A stretch of 55,093 nucleotides of DNA from Candidatus Terrybacteria bacterium RIFCSPHIGHO2_01_FULL_48_17 (GTDB lineage Bacteria; Patescibacteriota; Minisyncoccia; Terrybacterales; 2-01-FULL-58-14): the NCBI GenBank assembly GCA_001822835.1, contig MHSS01000014.1:1-55093 (forward strand). Direction: 5' to 3'. Positions 1 through 8,328 of the stretch are shown in pieces. The notes beneath the pieces were generated by a model. That model did no database searches. It was not told the origin of the DNA and saw nothing but the letters and a program-made list of their open reading frames with translations. The translations under genes were made by a program, and so were the position numbers. How positions within the stretch are numbered: position 1 is the first letter of the stretch; each line of letters opens with the position of its first letter.

Positions 1-100
1 GTCGGGAAACCGCGGAGGGAGTCATAAAAATAAAATAAAAAATAAATAAAAAAGAAGAGGCATACTATGAGAAGTTTACCTCATATCTATCTTACCATGA

Positions 101-127
101 AACCAAAACAGCGCGTCAACCGCGCTG
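101..127 (-). terminator. Rho-independent terminator downstream of ftsZ
   Basis: 7-bp stem CAGCGCG/CGCGCTG (109-115/121-127) with a 5-nt loop. On the minus strand it is followed by TTTTGGTT. It lies 38 nt after the ftsZ stop. Confidence 0.6.
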
Positions 128-164
128 CTCTTGACTTTCAAAAAAGATATCGCGAAATACAATC

Positions 165-1289
165 TTAGCGCTTCAAGCGCCTGCGCAGAAATGAGGGAAC
201 CTCAAATGGATCTTCTTCTTGTTGCTGCTCCCCTTCTTTATATACCTGGACCCGCGGCTGCGCGGTAAATTCTGCCTCATCCCTCATCGAATCGGCGACC
301 ACAAGGGGTTCCCGCTGGCCTTCTTTGCCTATTTTCTCTGAAAGCCCCGTTGCGATAACCGTTACGCGCACCTCATTTTTGCGCAATGAACGGTCTACTA
401 AAGCGCCAAAGATAATCCGCGCTTCTGGATCGGCCGACTCTGTAATGGCCTTGGCGATTTCATTTACATCTTGCATCCCAAGGTCTTTTGATCCCGTAAC
501 CGTAAAGAGAATTCCGCGGGCACCCTCCATAGAAGCGTCCACCAAGGGGGAGGAAACAGCGGCTTTTGCCGCTTGTACGGCCTTCCCTTCGCCCACAGCC
601 CTCCCAAGCCCCAGAATGGCAATGCCGGAGTCAGCCATAATGGTACGCATATCGGCAAAGTCAACATTTATAAGGCCCGGAACCGTGATAACGTCAGAAA
701 TCCCCAAAACCGCGTTTTTCAAGATGTCATTGGCGGCACGAAAGGCCGAAAGCAATGAGGTTTTACGGTCAATGGTATCCAAAAGCTTATCGTTCTCAAT
801 AGTAACGATTGCATCAACGTTTTTGCGCAATTCATTCCATGCCTCGGTTGCGATACGAGTCCGCTGATGCCCCTCGAACGCAAAGGGAAGCGTCACTATG
901 GCTACGGTAAGTGCGCCGTTTTTCTTTGCAAGCTCAGCAATAATCGGGGCTGCTCCCGAGCACGTTCCCCCACCCAAGCCGCCGGTTACAAAAACCATGT
1001 CGGCGTCTTTTACGTGTGCTGCGATCTCCTCCCGACTTTCTTCCGCAGCACGACGGCCAACCGCAGGATCCATACCCGCCCCAAGGCCCCGCGTAAGATC
1101 TTTGCCGAGCCGCAGCTTTTTATGGGCCTGTGCGGCATGTAAGTCCTGCGCGTCGGTATTCATAGCGATAAGCTCGACATTACGCGCTTTTGTCGAAGTC
1201 ATATAGGTTACGACGTTATTGCCGGATCCCCCCACGCCCACAACTTTTATATTGGCGAAGTTTTCGTATGGTGGTTTTACAGAAGGCAT
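165..1289 (-). CDS. ftsZ: Cell division GTPase FtsZ
   Basis: 374-aa ORF with tubulin/FtsZ signatures VVGVGGSGNN and GGLGGGTCSGAAPIIAE (GGGTGSG-type loop). Located 6 nt downstream of ftsA. Confidence 0.97.
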   Translation of the reverse strand: MPSVKPPYENFANIKVVGVGGSGNNVVTYMTSTKARNVELIAMNTDAQDLHAAQAHKKLRLGKDLTRGLGAGMDPAVGRRAAEESREEIAAHVKDADMVFVTGGLGGGTCSGAAPIIAELAKKNGALTVAIVTLPFAFEGHQRTRIATEAWNELRKNVDAIVTIENDKLLDTIDRKTSLLSAFRAANDILKNAVLGISDVITVPGLINVDFADMRTIMADSGIAILGLGRAVGEGKAVQAAKAAVSSPLVDASMEGARGILFTVTGSKDLGMQDVNEIAKAITESADPEARIIFGALVDRSLRKNEVRVTVIATGLSEKIGKEGQREPLVVADSMRDEAEFTAQPRVQVYKEGEQQQEEDPFEVPSFLRRRLKR

Positions 1290-1295
1290 ATGTTT

Positions 1296-2540
1296 TTAGG
1301 GAAGCAACGAACGAAGAAATCCTTTCACCGTTTTTGAAACATCCTTTGGGAGTCCAGGAAGGGAAATGCGCGTAAGGCCTCGTGAGGCCCTCTTTGAAGA
1401 TGAGTCCTCCAAGGCAAGCAACACAACGCCAACGGGAGTCGCAAACGCCGGATCTTGTCGTATTTCAAGCGGCCCCCCTTTTATGTTTGGCATTCCCACG
1501 GCTGCGGGAAGCTTTAGGCGGGCTTTTGCTAAATCGGCAAGCTGGGGAATGCCGGACGACCCACCGCCCAATACAATGCCGCCGGGCAAAAGGCGCGCCC
1601 TTCCAATACCCTCCAATTCTTTTGCCAACAAATCAAAAATCTCAAGCAATCGAGCTTCAATTATTTCTCCAAGTTGTTTGCGGGTAAACGATCCGGTCCC
1701 GTCGGGAAGGTCAAGCATTTCGCGCTTGCCGCCAGTTCGTGCAATGGCCAAACCGTGCGCATGCTTTAACTCTTCGGCAAGCTCAATGGGAATGCGTAAG
1801 CCAATTGCAATATCATTTGAAATATGTGCACCACCTATGGGAATGATCCCTGCATGCAGGCATCGCCCCTCTTCAAAGACAGAAAAGTCGGTCGTTCCGG
1901 CACCAAGATCAATAAGCATCGTCCCAAGTTCTTTTTGGCGCGGCGTTAAAACTCCACGGGCTGCGGCAAGAGGAGCTGCTACAAATGCTATGGGGGTGAT
2001 GCCCGCTGCCCCCAGTGCCTCTTCAAGGGAACGCAAATGCGAAGTAGAGACGGCAATAATAAGGGCCTCCAACTCAAGACGCACCCCCCGCATACCGCGC
2101 GGATCACGCACGCCATTTTCCCCATCTACGATAAAATCGCGCTCCAATACATGCAATACTTCGCGGTTTGCTCCGATTGCAGCTGCCTGCGCCGCGTCTT
2201 GCACGCGCCGCACATCTTCTTCCCCTATCTCACCATCAGCGCGCGCAACCGCAACCAATCCTCGTGCGGGAACTGACGCCAAATGCGCCCCGCTTACCGC
2301 AACCACGGCTTCCGATATCCGATCGTGAAGCTGCATTTCAAGTTCGCTGCGTAATGCCACGAGCGCCCGAGATGCCTCAGTTACGTCAACTACAACGCCT
2401 CTGCGCACGCCCGCCGAGGGAACCTTTGCCCATGCACCGACTTCAACACCGTCAGGAGAATGCTCTTCTGGTCGTACGGCGATACCGCGGAAAAATGACG
2501 AACCAAGTTCTATTCCGACAATAACATAGCCGCTACTCAT
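1296..2540 (-). CDS. ftsA: Cell division protein FtsA (actin-fold ATPase)
   Basis: 414-aa ORF with IVGIELGSS N-terminus, DLGAGTTD phosphate-binding motif and GGGSSGIPQL. Classic ftsA-ftsZ adjacency. Confidence 0.93.
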   Translation of the reverse strand: MSSGYVIVGIELGSSFFRGIAVRPEEHSPDGVEVGAWAKVPSAGVRRGVVVDVTEASRALVALRSELEMQLHDRISEAVVAVSGAHLASVPARGLVAVARADGEIGEEDVRRVQDAAQAAAIGANREVLHVLERDFIVDGENGVRDPRGMRGVRLELEALIIAVSTSHLRSLEEALGAAGITPIAFVAAPLAAARGVLTPRQKELGTMLIDLGAGTTDFSVFEEGRCLHAGIIPIGGAHISNDIAIGLRIPIELAEELKHAHGLAIARTGGKREMLDLPDGTGSFTRKQLGEIIEARLLEIFDLLAKELEGIGRARLLPGGIVLGGGSSGIPQLADLAKARLKLPAAVGMPNIKGGPLEIRQDPAFATPVGVVLLALEDSSSKRASRGLTRISLPGLPKDVSKTVKGFLRSLLP

Positions 2541-2977
2541 AAAAGTTTGTGGACAAAAAACTGCTCAAAACGCTCCATGCACGCAGCTGTTTTATCGGTA
2601 TCATGTTCAAATCCTTTCAAGTGCAACATACCATGAATAATCAATTGTGCAAGATATTCTTTTGGTGTCTTCGTAAACTGTGGCGCCTCTTGCGAAATGA
2701 CCGAAGGGCATAAGAGAATATCCGCCACAACTCTTCCCCTACGAATATCCTGAATGTAGGGAAACGTAAGCACGTTCGTTGCTTTTCGTTTTCCTAAAAA
2801 ATCGCGGGAAAGCCGTTGCATTCTTTTTTCCCCAAGAAACGCTACGGTGATATTCCCGCTGCGAAACCCCAATTCCTTCGCCACAGCCCGAACAAGAACC
2901 CGAATAAAACGGATGCTTGCAGGTGCGCGCACAGTACAGATTATTTCGGCGGAAAACGTGTCAGCGTTCTTCTTCAT
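2537..2977 (-). CDS. ybeY: Endoribonuclease YbeY (rRNA maturation factor)
   Basis: Zinc motif HGMLHLKGFEHD (HxxxHxxxxxH) near the C-terminus. The 190-aa track ORF is trimmed to Met45 (ATG ending at 2977) because its upstream part overlaps rpsU. 4-nt overlap with the ftsA start. Confidence 0.85.
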   Translation of the reverse strand: MKKNADTFSAEIICTVRAPASIRFIRVLVRAVAKELGFRSGNITVAFLGEKRMQRLSRDFLGKRKATNVLTFPYIQDIRRGRVVADILLCPSVISQEAPQFTKTPKEYLAQLIIHGMLHLKGFEHDTDKTAACMERFEQFFVHKLL

Positions 2978-3188
2978 TAAGTTTCCCGAGTTTTTCAAGC
3001 CACTCATGTTGGCGGCGCAGCTCTTCGCGTCGCAATGCCGAATTCCTTCTCTGATTCCTTGATTTTTGCCGAGTGAAAAATTTTGTTTTCTTGGCTTGCA
3101 AAATAACACCCGTCTCCTGAACGCGTTTTGTAAATCGCCGAATCAGCGATCCGGAGGTCTCACGATCTTTTCGAACTACATGCACCAT
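2961..3188 (-). CDS. rpsU: 30S ribosomal protein bS21
   Basis: 75-aa Lys/Arg-rich product (VVRKDRETSGSLIRRFTKRVQETGVILQAKK...). ATG at 3188 is preceded by AAGGAGGG 6 nt upstream. Confidence 0.9.
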   Translation of the reverse strand: MVHVVRKDRETSGSLIRRFTKRVQETGVILQAKKTKFFTRQKSRNQRRNSALRREELRRQHEWLEKLGKLNEEER

Positions 3189-3253
3189 AAATATCCCTCC
3201 TTCCACAATAAATCATAAATGAAAAACGGCAAATGAATAAAAATATCTGGGGG

Positions 3254-3601
3254 TCAGGGCAATTCCCTGTTATCCTCTTCCTTCCATCCGCCCAGCACAT
3301 GAACATGCAAATGATCAATAATCTGCCCCCCTCCCCGCCCTACGTTCATTACCACCTTAAAACCGGACTCGGCAATCCCTTGCATGCGCGCGATATCAGC
3401 GGCGGCGGAAAAAAGGTTCCCCAGAATCTCTCGGCGTGATGCGTCGGTGTCAACCAAGCTCACAATATGCTGGCGCGGAACAACCAAAATATGCACCGGG
3501 GCTTTAGGATGGATGTCTTTGAAGGCAACAAGCTCCTTCGTTTCAAAAATAATATCTCCTTTTTGTCCGCGATTTATAATTTCGCAAAAAATGCACCCCA
3601 T
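3254..3601 (-). CDS. HIT-family nucleotide hydrolase (HinT-like)
   Basis: 115 aa with histidine triad HLHVHVLGG. Confidence 0.9.
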   Translation of the reverse strand: MGCIFCEIINRGQKGDIIFETKELVAFKDIHPKAPVHILVVPRQHIVSLVDTDASRREILGNLFSAAADIARMQGIAESGFKVVMNVGRGGGQIIDHLHVHVLGGWKEEDNRELP

Positions 3602-3619
3602 AGCACCGTAAAACGCATA

Positions 3620-4939
3620 TCAACTTTTATTTACTCGCGGTTTAATTTTTTTCAGGCGTTCCCGAATTTCTTTTACGATATCTTCCCGGGCAACCGTTTC
3701 TTGAGTCCCATCACCCATAGTACGCAAAAGCGCTGTTCCTTCAAGCGCTTCTTTTTGCCCTACGATTAACACAAAAGGAGCGCCTATCTTATCGGCAACT
3801 CGCAGTTGGGATTTAATAGAGTCGCGCCCAAAGGATGCGCGCGCGAGTATCCCGGCTTTCCGCAAATCCTCAAACAAAAGCATCGCTTGATGTTTTGCTT
3901 TCTCCCCAAGTTGCGCAACAAAAACTATAGGCACTTGGGGATGCGCGATTGCCCCTGCCTCGCGGGAAAGCGCTGCGACAATGCGCTCAACGCCTCCCGA
4001 CCCGCCAATCGCCCCCGTGTCTTTTGCGCCAAATTGCTTCATTAAAAGGTCGTAGCGGCCTCCGGCAACCATGGCTGATTGCGCTTTAGGCAACGCCCGA
4101 TCCTCCCCCAGCGCCTCCTCTTCGGGCACAACCTCAAAAACCGTTCGATTATAATAATCAAGGCCCCGAACCAATTTGGTATTAAACACATATGGCACGG
4201 TAAGCTCATCTAAAAACCCCAAAAGCCCCTTGAAGTGTTGCCGGCATTCTTCGCACAGATGATCTATAATTTCTGGGGCATTCATAGCAATTCTTTGGCA
4301 GCGTTCATCCTTACAATCCAAAACCCGCAAAGGACTGGTTCCGAGGCGCTTTCTAGAGTTTGCGCAAAGCTGTTCCTTCCTGCTACGCAAATATCCTCCC
4401 AGCACCTTTTTAAAATACGGGCGGCATTGATTGCAGCCAAGCGAATTAATTTGCAGAGCCGTGTGGTGCAGACCCAACGTTTCAAGCGTTACGGCCAATA
4501 CACGAATTATCTCTACATCGGCCGACACGTCCTTATCGCCCAAAATCTCAAAACCAAACTGCCAAAACTGTCTAAAGCGGCCCGCCTGTTGCCGCTCATG
4601 CCGAAACATTGGGGAAAAATACCAAAGTTTTACCGGTTGCGGCCACGTCTTCATGCCATGTTGTACATAAGCGCGAACCACGGGTGCTGTGCCTTCCGGT
4701 CGCAACGCAAGCCTATCTCCCCCTTTTGTACGCAACGTATACATTTCTTTTTCAACAATATCGGTTGTCTGCCCCAATCCTTTCGAAAAAAGCTCCTCAA
4801 ATTCCAATACCGGCGTTTCTATCCTTCCAAAATCATATGCTTGCGCAACCTCGCGCACCGTATCGTATACACGATTCCACAAGGCCTCATCCTTGGGAAG
4901 AATATCGTGCATACCGGGTGGTGTTTGAAATTTAGGCAT
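3620..4939 (-). CDS. hisS: Histidine--tRNA ligase
   Basis: 439 aa with class II aaRS/HisRS blocks LRPEGTAPVVR, FRHERQQAGRFRQFWQFG and GGRYD. C-terminal anticodon-binding-like region. Confidence 0.95.
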   Translation of the reverse strand: MPKFQTPPGMHDILPKDEALWNRVYDTVREVAQAYDFGRIETPVLEFEELFSKGLGQTTDIVEKEMYTLRTKGGDRLALRPEGTAPVVRAYVQHGMKTWPQPVKLWYFSPMFRHERQQAGRFRQFWQFGFEILGDKDVSADVEIIRVLAVTLETLGLHHTALQINSLGCNQCRPYFKKVLGGYLRSRKEQLCANSRKRLGTSPLRVLDCKDERCQRIAMNAPEIIDHLCEECRQHFKGLLGFLDELTVPYVFNTKLVRGLDYYNRTVFEVVPEEEALGEDRALPKAQSAMVAGGRYDLLMKQFGAKDTGAIGGSGGVERIVAALSREAGAIAHPQVPIVFVAQLGEKAKHQAMLLFEDLRKAGILARASFGRDSIKSQLRVADKIGAPFVLIVGQKEALEGTALLRTMGDGTQETVAREDIVKEIRERLKKIKPRVNKS

Positions 4940-4954
4940 AACTTCGTAAATCTA

Positions 4955-5080
4955 AAGCTCAAAACTCAAATGTCAAATCAATATCCAATGACTTAATATC
5001 CAATTTCCAAACACGTTTCGGATTTGAGACATTGGGATTTTGGATTTCATTTGTCATTTGAATTTTGACATTGGGATTTT
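4955..5080 (-). repeat. Long imperfect palindrome built from CCAAA(A)T/TCAAAT-type words, copy A (hisS leader / lepB 3' flank)
   Basis: Arms 4955-5013 and 5014-5080 are roughly three-quarters complementary by eye. The minus-strand reading is homologous to 12328-12433: AAAATCCCAATG[T/C]CAAA..ATTCAAATG, and TTGAC[A/G]..GAGTTTTG..GATTT next to the ATG. Confidence 0.8.
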
Positions 5081-5082
5081 TA

Positions 5083-5625
5083 TCAATACATTGGTGCTGC
5101 AAACACAGAAAAATGTTGCGGGGGCCACACGCGCAAAAAAGCACGGCCGACAATCGCTTCGCGCGCCAATGTTCCCCAGCGCCTTGAATCAGAGGATGCT
5201 CCTCGATTATCCCCCAACACAATATATTCATCCGGGCCTGCAGAAAGCTCAAATTCTCCCGTGGCCAAAGAATCGGAGATATAACCTTCGGAGAGCTCTG
5301 CTACTTGCTCGCCATTTTGTTCCACAACGACATGTCCGTCTTTTGCCCGTACCGTTTCGCCCGGAAGCCCTATGATTCGCTTAATAAAAAACTGGGATGG
5401 GTCCTGCGGAAAACGAAACACGATTATCTCTCCGCGTTCCGGCTTGCGGAAATGATAGCTCAATTCATCGACAATCAAATAATCGCCATTCGAATACATC
5501 GGTTCCATGGAATAGCCGCGCACAAAAAACGGCTGTGCAACATACAACCGTATCGGCAGGATAATGGCTAAAGCAACGAAAATAACTTTTGCCGAATCCC
5601 AAATAAAGGAAAAAAAGCTTTTCAT
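5083..5625 (-). CDS. lepB: Signal peptidase I (S26)
   Basis: Catalytic boxes GYSMEPMY (Ser), KRIIGLPGE (Lys) and GDNRGASSDSR, plus an N-terminal TM. Trimmed to Met32 (ATG 5623-5625). Confidence 0.9.
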   Translation of the reverse strand: MKSFFSFIWDSAKVIFVALAIILPIRLYVAQPFFVRGYSMEPMYSNGDYLIVDELSYHFRKPERGEIIVFRFPQDPSQFFIKRIIGLPGETVRAKDGHVVVEQNGEQVAELSEGYISDSLATGEFELSAGPDEYIVLGDNRGASSDSRRWGTLAREAIVGRAFLRVWPPQHFSVFAAPMY

Positions 5626-5723
5626 GATAAGGCACATCCCCGCGTGCTTATGGTTACATCCATTGTGGCACCAGCGTAACGTTTTTGCAACTTGGGCATA
5701 TTTCATGTAATGATACAAGCGCC

Positions 5724-6761
5724 ATGCGTAAGATTTTTGTTGCCGTCGTACTTGCCGCTACAATCACCGCGGTGTCGGTGGCGCTTTTCATTGGGGGTGT
5801 ACTGCCCGAAAAAACGTTTGAAGTTCGGGCGCATGCGCTTTCAACAAGCATCAAGCTTGTCTTAAGTGCCACCCCCTTTGTGCCCTCCGAGAAACTTAAG
5901 GGAGAGGAATCCGGTGCCGTAAATATCTTACTGGTAGGACGCGCGGGACCTGGCTGGATTGCCGGAGAGTTAGCAGATAGTATTATTGTCGTGCGTATTC
6001 GTCCATCCGCGTCTGCGACATTTGTTTCCATCCCACGCGATCTTCTCATTGAATCCCCGGGAGCGCATACCTTCATGCGCATAAATTCGCTGGGAACGCT
6101 GGGGGAACAAGAGGCAAAACGACTCGGCAAAAAAGATGCTGGAACACAAACAGGGTTTTTGCGGCAAAAAGTGGAAGAAATTGTGGGCTTTACCATTCCT
6201 TATGCGGTGGTTGTGGATGTTGAAGCAGTTGAAGAAATCGTCACTGCCCTTGGAGGCGTACAAGTGCAGGTTGAGAAAAAGATAAGCGATCCATCATTTC
6301 CTACTCCTGGAGGAGGCATTGAAACGTTCGAGCTTGATGCGGGCTGGCGCACGCTTGACGGACGGACTTCCGGAAAATATGTGCGCACGCGACACGATTC
6401 TGAAGGCGACTTTGGGAGAATGAAACGACAGCAACAGGTTATTGAGGCAGCGATTTCCAAGGCCCAAGGATTGAAAATGGTTAATGATTTTAGTAAAATT
6501 CTTGAGCTCGTTGTCATAAGCGAAGAACACGTGGCGCATAATTTCTCAACACGAGAGCTGAAGCGCTTATGGGAATTGACGCACGATTTTGAACCAGCAA
6601 ATTTGCGCTTTCTTGCGCTTGATCGGACGGATTTAAATCTCTTGCAAGGCCAAACGATAAACCTTTCGGGAGTTGCGGCACCGGTACTTGTGCCGAGGGC
6701 GGGGATGTTTGAGTATTCGGAAATACAATCTCAAATCAAACGCGAATTAGAACGCGAATAA
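5724..6761 (+). CDS. LytR-CpsA-Psr (LCP) family cell-envelope phosphotransferase
   Basis: N-terminal TM, then LCP blocks ILLVGRAG, DSIIVVRI, SIPRD and TRHDSEGDFGRMKRQQQV. Start moved to ATG 5724 (MRKIFVAVV...). Confidence 0.85.
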   Translation: MRKIFVAVVLAATITAVSVALFIGGVLPEKTFEVRAHALSTSIKLVLSATPFVPSEKLKGEESGAVNILLVGRAGPGWIAGELADSIIVVRIRPSASATFVSIPRDLLIESPGAHTFMRINSLGTLGEQEAKRLGKKDAGTQTGFLRQKVEEIVGFTIPYAVVVDVEAVEEIVTALGGVQVQVEKKISDPSFPTPGGGIETFELDAGWRTLDGRTSGKYVRTRHDSEGDFGRMKRQQQVIEAAISKAQGLKMVNDFSKILELVVISEEHVAHNFSTRELKRLWELTHDFEPANLRFLALDRTDLNLLQGQTINLSGVAAPVLVPRAGMFEYSEIQSQIKRELERE

Positions 6762-6841
6762 ATGCGAATGGGCAATGGTGCGAACAAATACGAATACCAT
6801 ATAGACGCAGATGACCCGAATGGAGCATCCGAATGGCCCGG

Positions 6842-6877
6842 ATAAAAAAGCAAAGAGCCAACCCAAGGGGGGCTGGC
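6842..6877 (-). terminator. Terminator hairpin between convergent LCP gene and small membrane ORF
   Basis: Stem GCCAACCC/GGGCTGGC (6857-6864/6870-6877, one mismatch). The minus strand continues TCTTTGCTTTTTTA. The plus-strand T-tract is weaker. Confidence 0.5.
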
Positions 6878-6889
6878 GTTGTTACTATT

Positions 6890-7195
6890 CTACCATTCCG
6901 GAGGCCTGAACCCACGAAACGTGGGAGTACGATCAAAAAGACCCATATGCACTTCGCTGGCAATCTGAAAAAACGAAATAAGAAAAACACAAATCGTTAG
7001 CAATACAGCAGGGGAAATTAGGACCGCGCCCCAAAAAATCTGCGTGCTAGAATCCAATTCCACCCCTTCAGTAAGAAAGGTTGCTCCAAACCAAAGGCTA
7101 CAGAAAAAAACCGCGATGCCTATCATCGCCACAACGCCTCGCATGATCGCCCGCTCCTTTCTTTTTTTCAACGCTTCTGTGAGGTATACTACCAA
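6890..7195 (-). CDS. Small hypothetical membrane protein (2 predicted TM)
   Basis: 101-aa ORF with two hydrophobic stretches, followed by a terminator hairpin. No recognisable motif. The start could be Met18 instead. Confidence 0.45.
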   Translation of the reverse strand: MVVYLTEALKKRKERAIMRGVVAMIGIAVFFCSLWFGATFLTEGVELDSSTQIFWGAVLISPAVLLTICVFLISFFQIASEVHMGLFDRTPTFRGFRPPEW

Positions 7196-7207
7196 AGAAC
7201 GTTTTCT

Positions 7208-7801
7208 ATGTCCAGCTCAAAGCCCAAAATCATACTAGTGGTTGGCCTCGGCAACCCTGGCGAGGAATACGAAAAAACCCGGCACAATGCTGGAAGAAAC
7301 GCTGTTATAAAATGGCAGAAAAAGGAGGGGCTCCGCCAGTTTTCAGAAAACAGTAAACAACGATCGCTTATAACTGAAGGAAGGATTGGCGGCACGAAAG
7401 TTATTACGGCACTTCCCGAAACCTTCATGAACAAATCCGGAGTTGCCGTTGCCGCTCTTGTAAAATATTACAAAATAAAACCCGATGCGATTGTGGTTGT
7501 GCATGACGATGCTGATTTACCCTTGGGAACATTAAAAATCGTATTTAATCGCGGATCCGGAGGACATAAAGGGGTAAAATCGGTGATGCGGGCACTCAAA
7601 ACCGAAGCGTTTGTGCGCATTCGTATCGGCATTGGCAAAAACATGAAGTGGCATGAACGTGATTTAAATAAGCTTGTAATAGCAAAATTTACCCCTCTAC
7701 ATCAAACGCAACTAAACAAAGCCCTCAAAAAAACAATTGAAGCGCTTACCGTCGTGGTGCGTGAAGGATATGAGCGCGCCATGAACGAATATAATACATA
7801 A
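7208..7801 (+). CDS. pth: Peptidyl-tRNA hydrolase
   Basis: 197 aa with VVGLGNPGEEYEKTRHNAG, HDDADLPLG and GGHKGVKS. Confidence 0.95.
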   Translation: MSSSKPKIILVVGLGNPGEEYEKTRHNAGRNAVIKWQKKEGLRQFSENSKQRSLITEGRIGGTKVITALPETFMNKSGVAVAALVKYYKIKPDAIVVVHDDADLPLGTLKIVFNRGSGGHKGVKSVMRALKTEAFVRIRIGIGKNMKWHERDLNKLVIAKFTPLHQTQLNKALKKTIEALTVVVREGYERAMNEYNT

Positions 7802-7817
7802 GCCCCATGCGGGGCTT
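7800..7817. terminator. Bidirectional terminator hairpin (pth / membrane ORF)
   Basis: AAGCCCC-ATGC-GGGGCTT, 7-bp stem. It overlaps both stop codons of the convergent genes. Confidence 0.6.
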
Positions 7818-8274
7818 AATCTCTCTTTCGTTGGTTTTTAGATATACTACGAAGGAATAGGGTACGTACAAACCACACCACGATGCCGCCAATCAAGACA
7901 ACATAACCCACACCGACCACAATGGCCAAAAAGGAATGTGCCGTTCCCTCAAGGGATGCCAAAAAGCTAAACAATGGAGCAAAACCAGAGATGAGGGCAA
8001 TCACAACACCAATACCAATAATCCACCAATATTCTTTCCACAACGGAGCAAGCATATGAACAAGTATCTTTTGGGGAATGTAGCCTGTTGCCATGCCATA
8101 TACAAAGACAAGCCATGCAAAAAACGCAGGATACACCCAAAATTTGTCCTCGTTTTGAAGCACAAGGCCGACAGCCGGAACTAATGTGTATATCCAGCCA
8201 ATTATCCAAAGAGCTGCGGTGCTTGCAAGAAATATCCCCCGGAGAGTTTTCATCCCTTTTCCCCTTCCATCCAT
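7816..8274 (-). CDS. Hypothetical integral membrane protein (about 4 TM)
   Basis: 152-aa hydrophobic ORF with no catalytic motif. Confidence 0.55.
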   Translation of the reverse strand: MDGRGKGMKTLRGIFLASTAALWIIGWIYTLVPAVGLVLQNEDKFWVYPAFFAWLVFVYGMATGYIPQKILVHMLAPLWKEYWWIIGIGVVIALISGFAPLFSFLASLEGTAHSFLAIVVGVGYVVLIGGIVVWFVRTLFLRSISKNQRKRD

Positions 8275-8328
8275 CTTTTTAAAGAACTGTTGTTGCTATA
8301 GTATCCCCAAAAGTAGCTAAACGTCAAT

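Noticed and set aside
1366-2328. Long antisense ORFs opposite well-supported genes. Examples: 1366-2328 (320 aa, opposite ftsA), 27874-29046 (390 aa, opposite gpmI), 4235-4996 (opposite hisS), 325-867 (opposite ftsZ), 5654-6196, 40582-41220, 48072-48728, 53954-54391.
   Set aside because: The sense-strand genes carry unmistakable family motifs. The antisense translations are Arg/Ser/Pro/Ala-rich low-complexity strings without motifs, SD sequences or their own terminators. These are typical shadow ORFs produced by codon bias.
2978-3109. N-terminal extensions of track ORFs: ybeY to 3109, lepB to 5718, topA from 12377, the queuosine gene to 15653, clpP to 33593, the second DUF502 gene from 35571, the aminotransferase to 42662, suhB to 45174, the nucleotidyltransferase to 46048, and DUF3999 to 48980.
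   Set aside because: The extensions start at TTG/GTG, overlap the upstream gene or repeat elements, and lack SDs. Internal ATGs give canonical family N-termini (for example MKLVIVESPTKAKT, MKALILAGGKGTRL) or a signal peptide (MKYIISIVLFFALVLFAASVRA).
4940-4976. Promoter-like TTGAC(A/G)-16-T(A/G)GATT inside the hairpin elements, considered as the real hisS and topA promoters.
   Set aside because: In the topA copy, the -10-like hexamer ends 1 nt before the ATG, so a transcript from it would lack the start codon. The similarity is better explained by the two copies being homologous repeats. A leaderless hisS transcript from copy A remains possible but unsupported.
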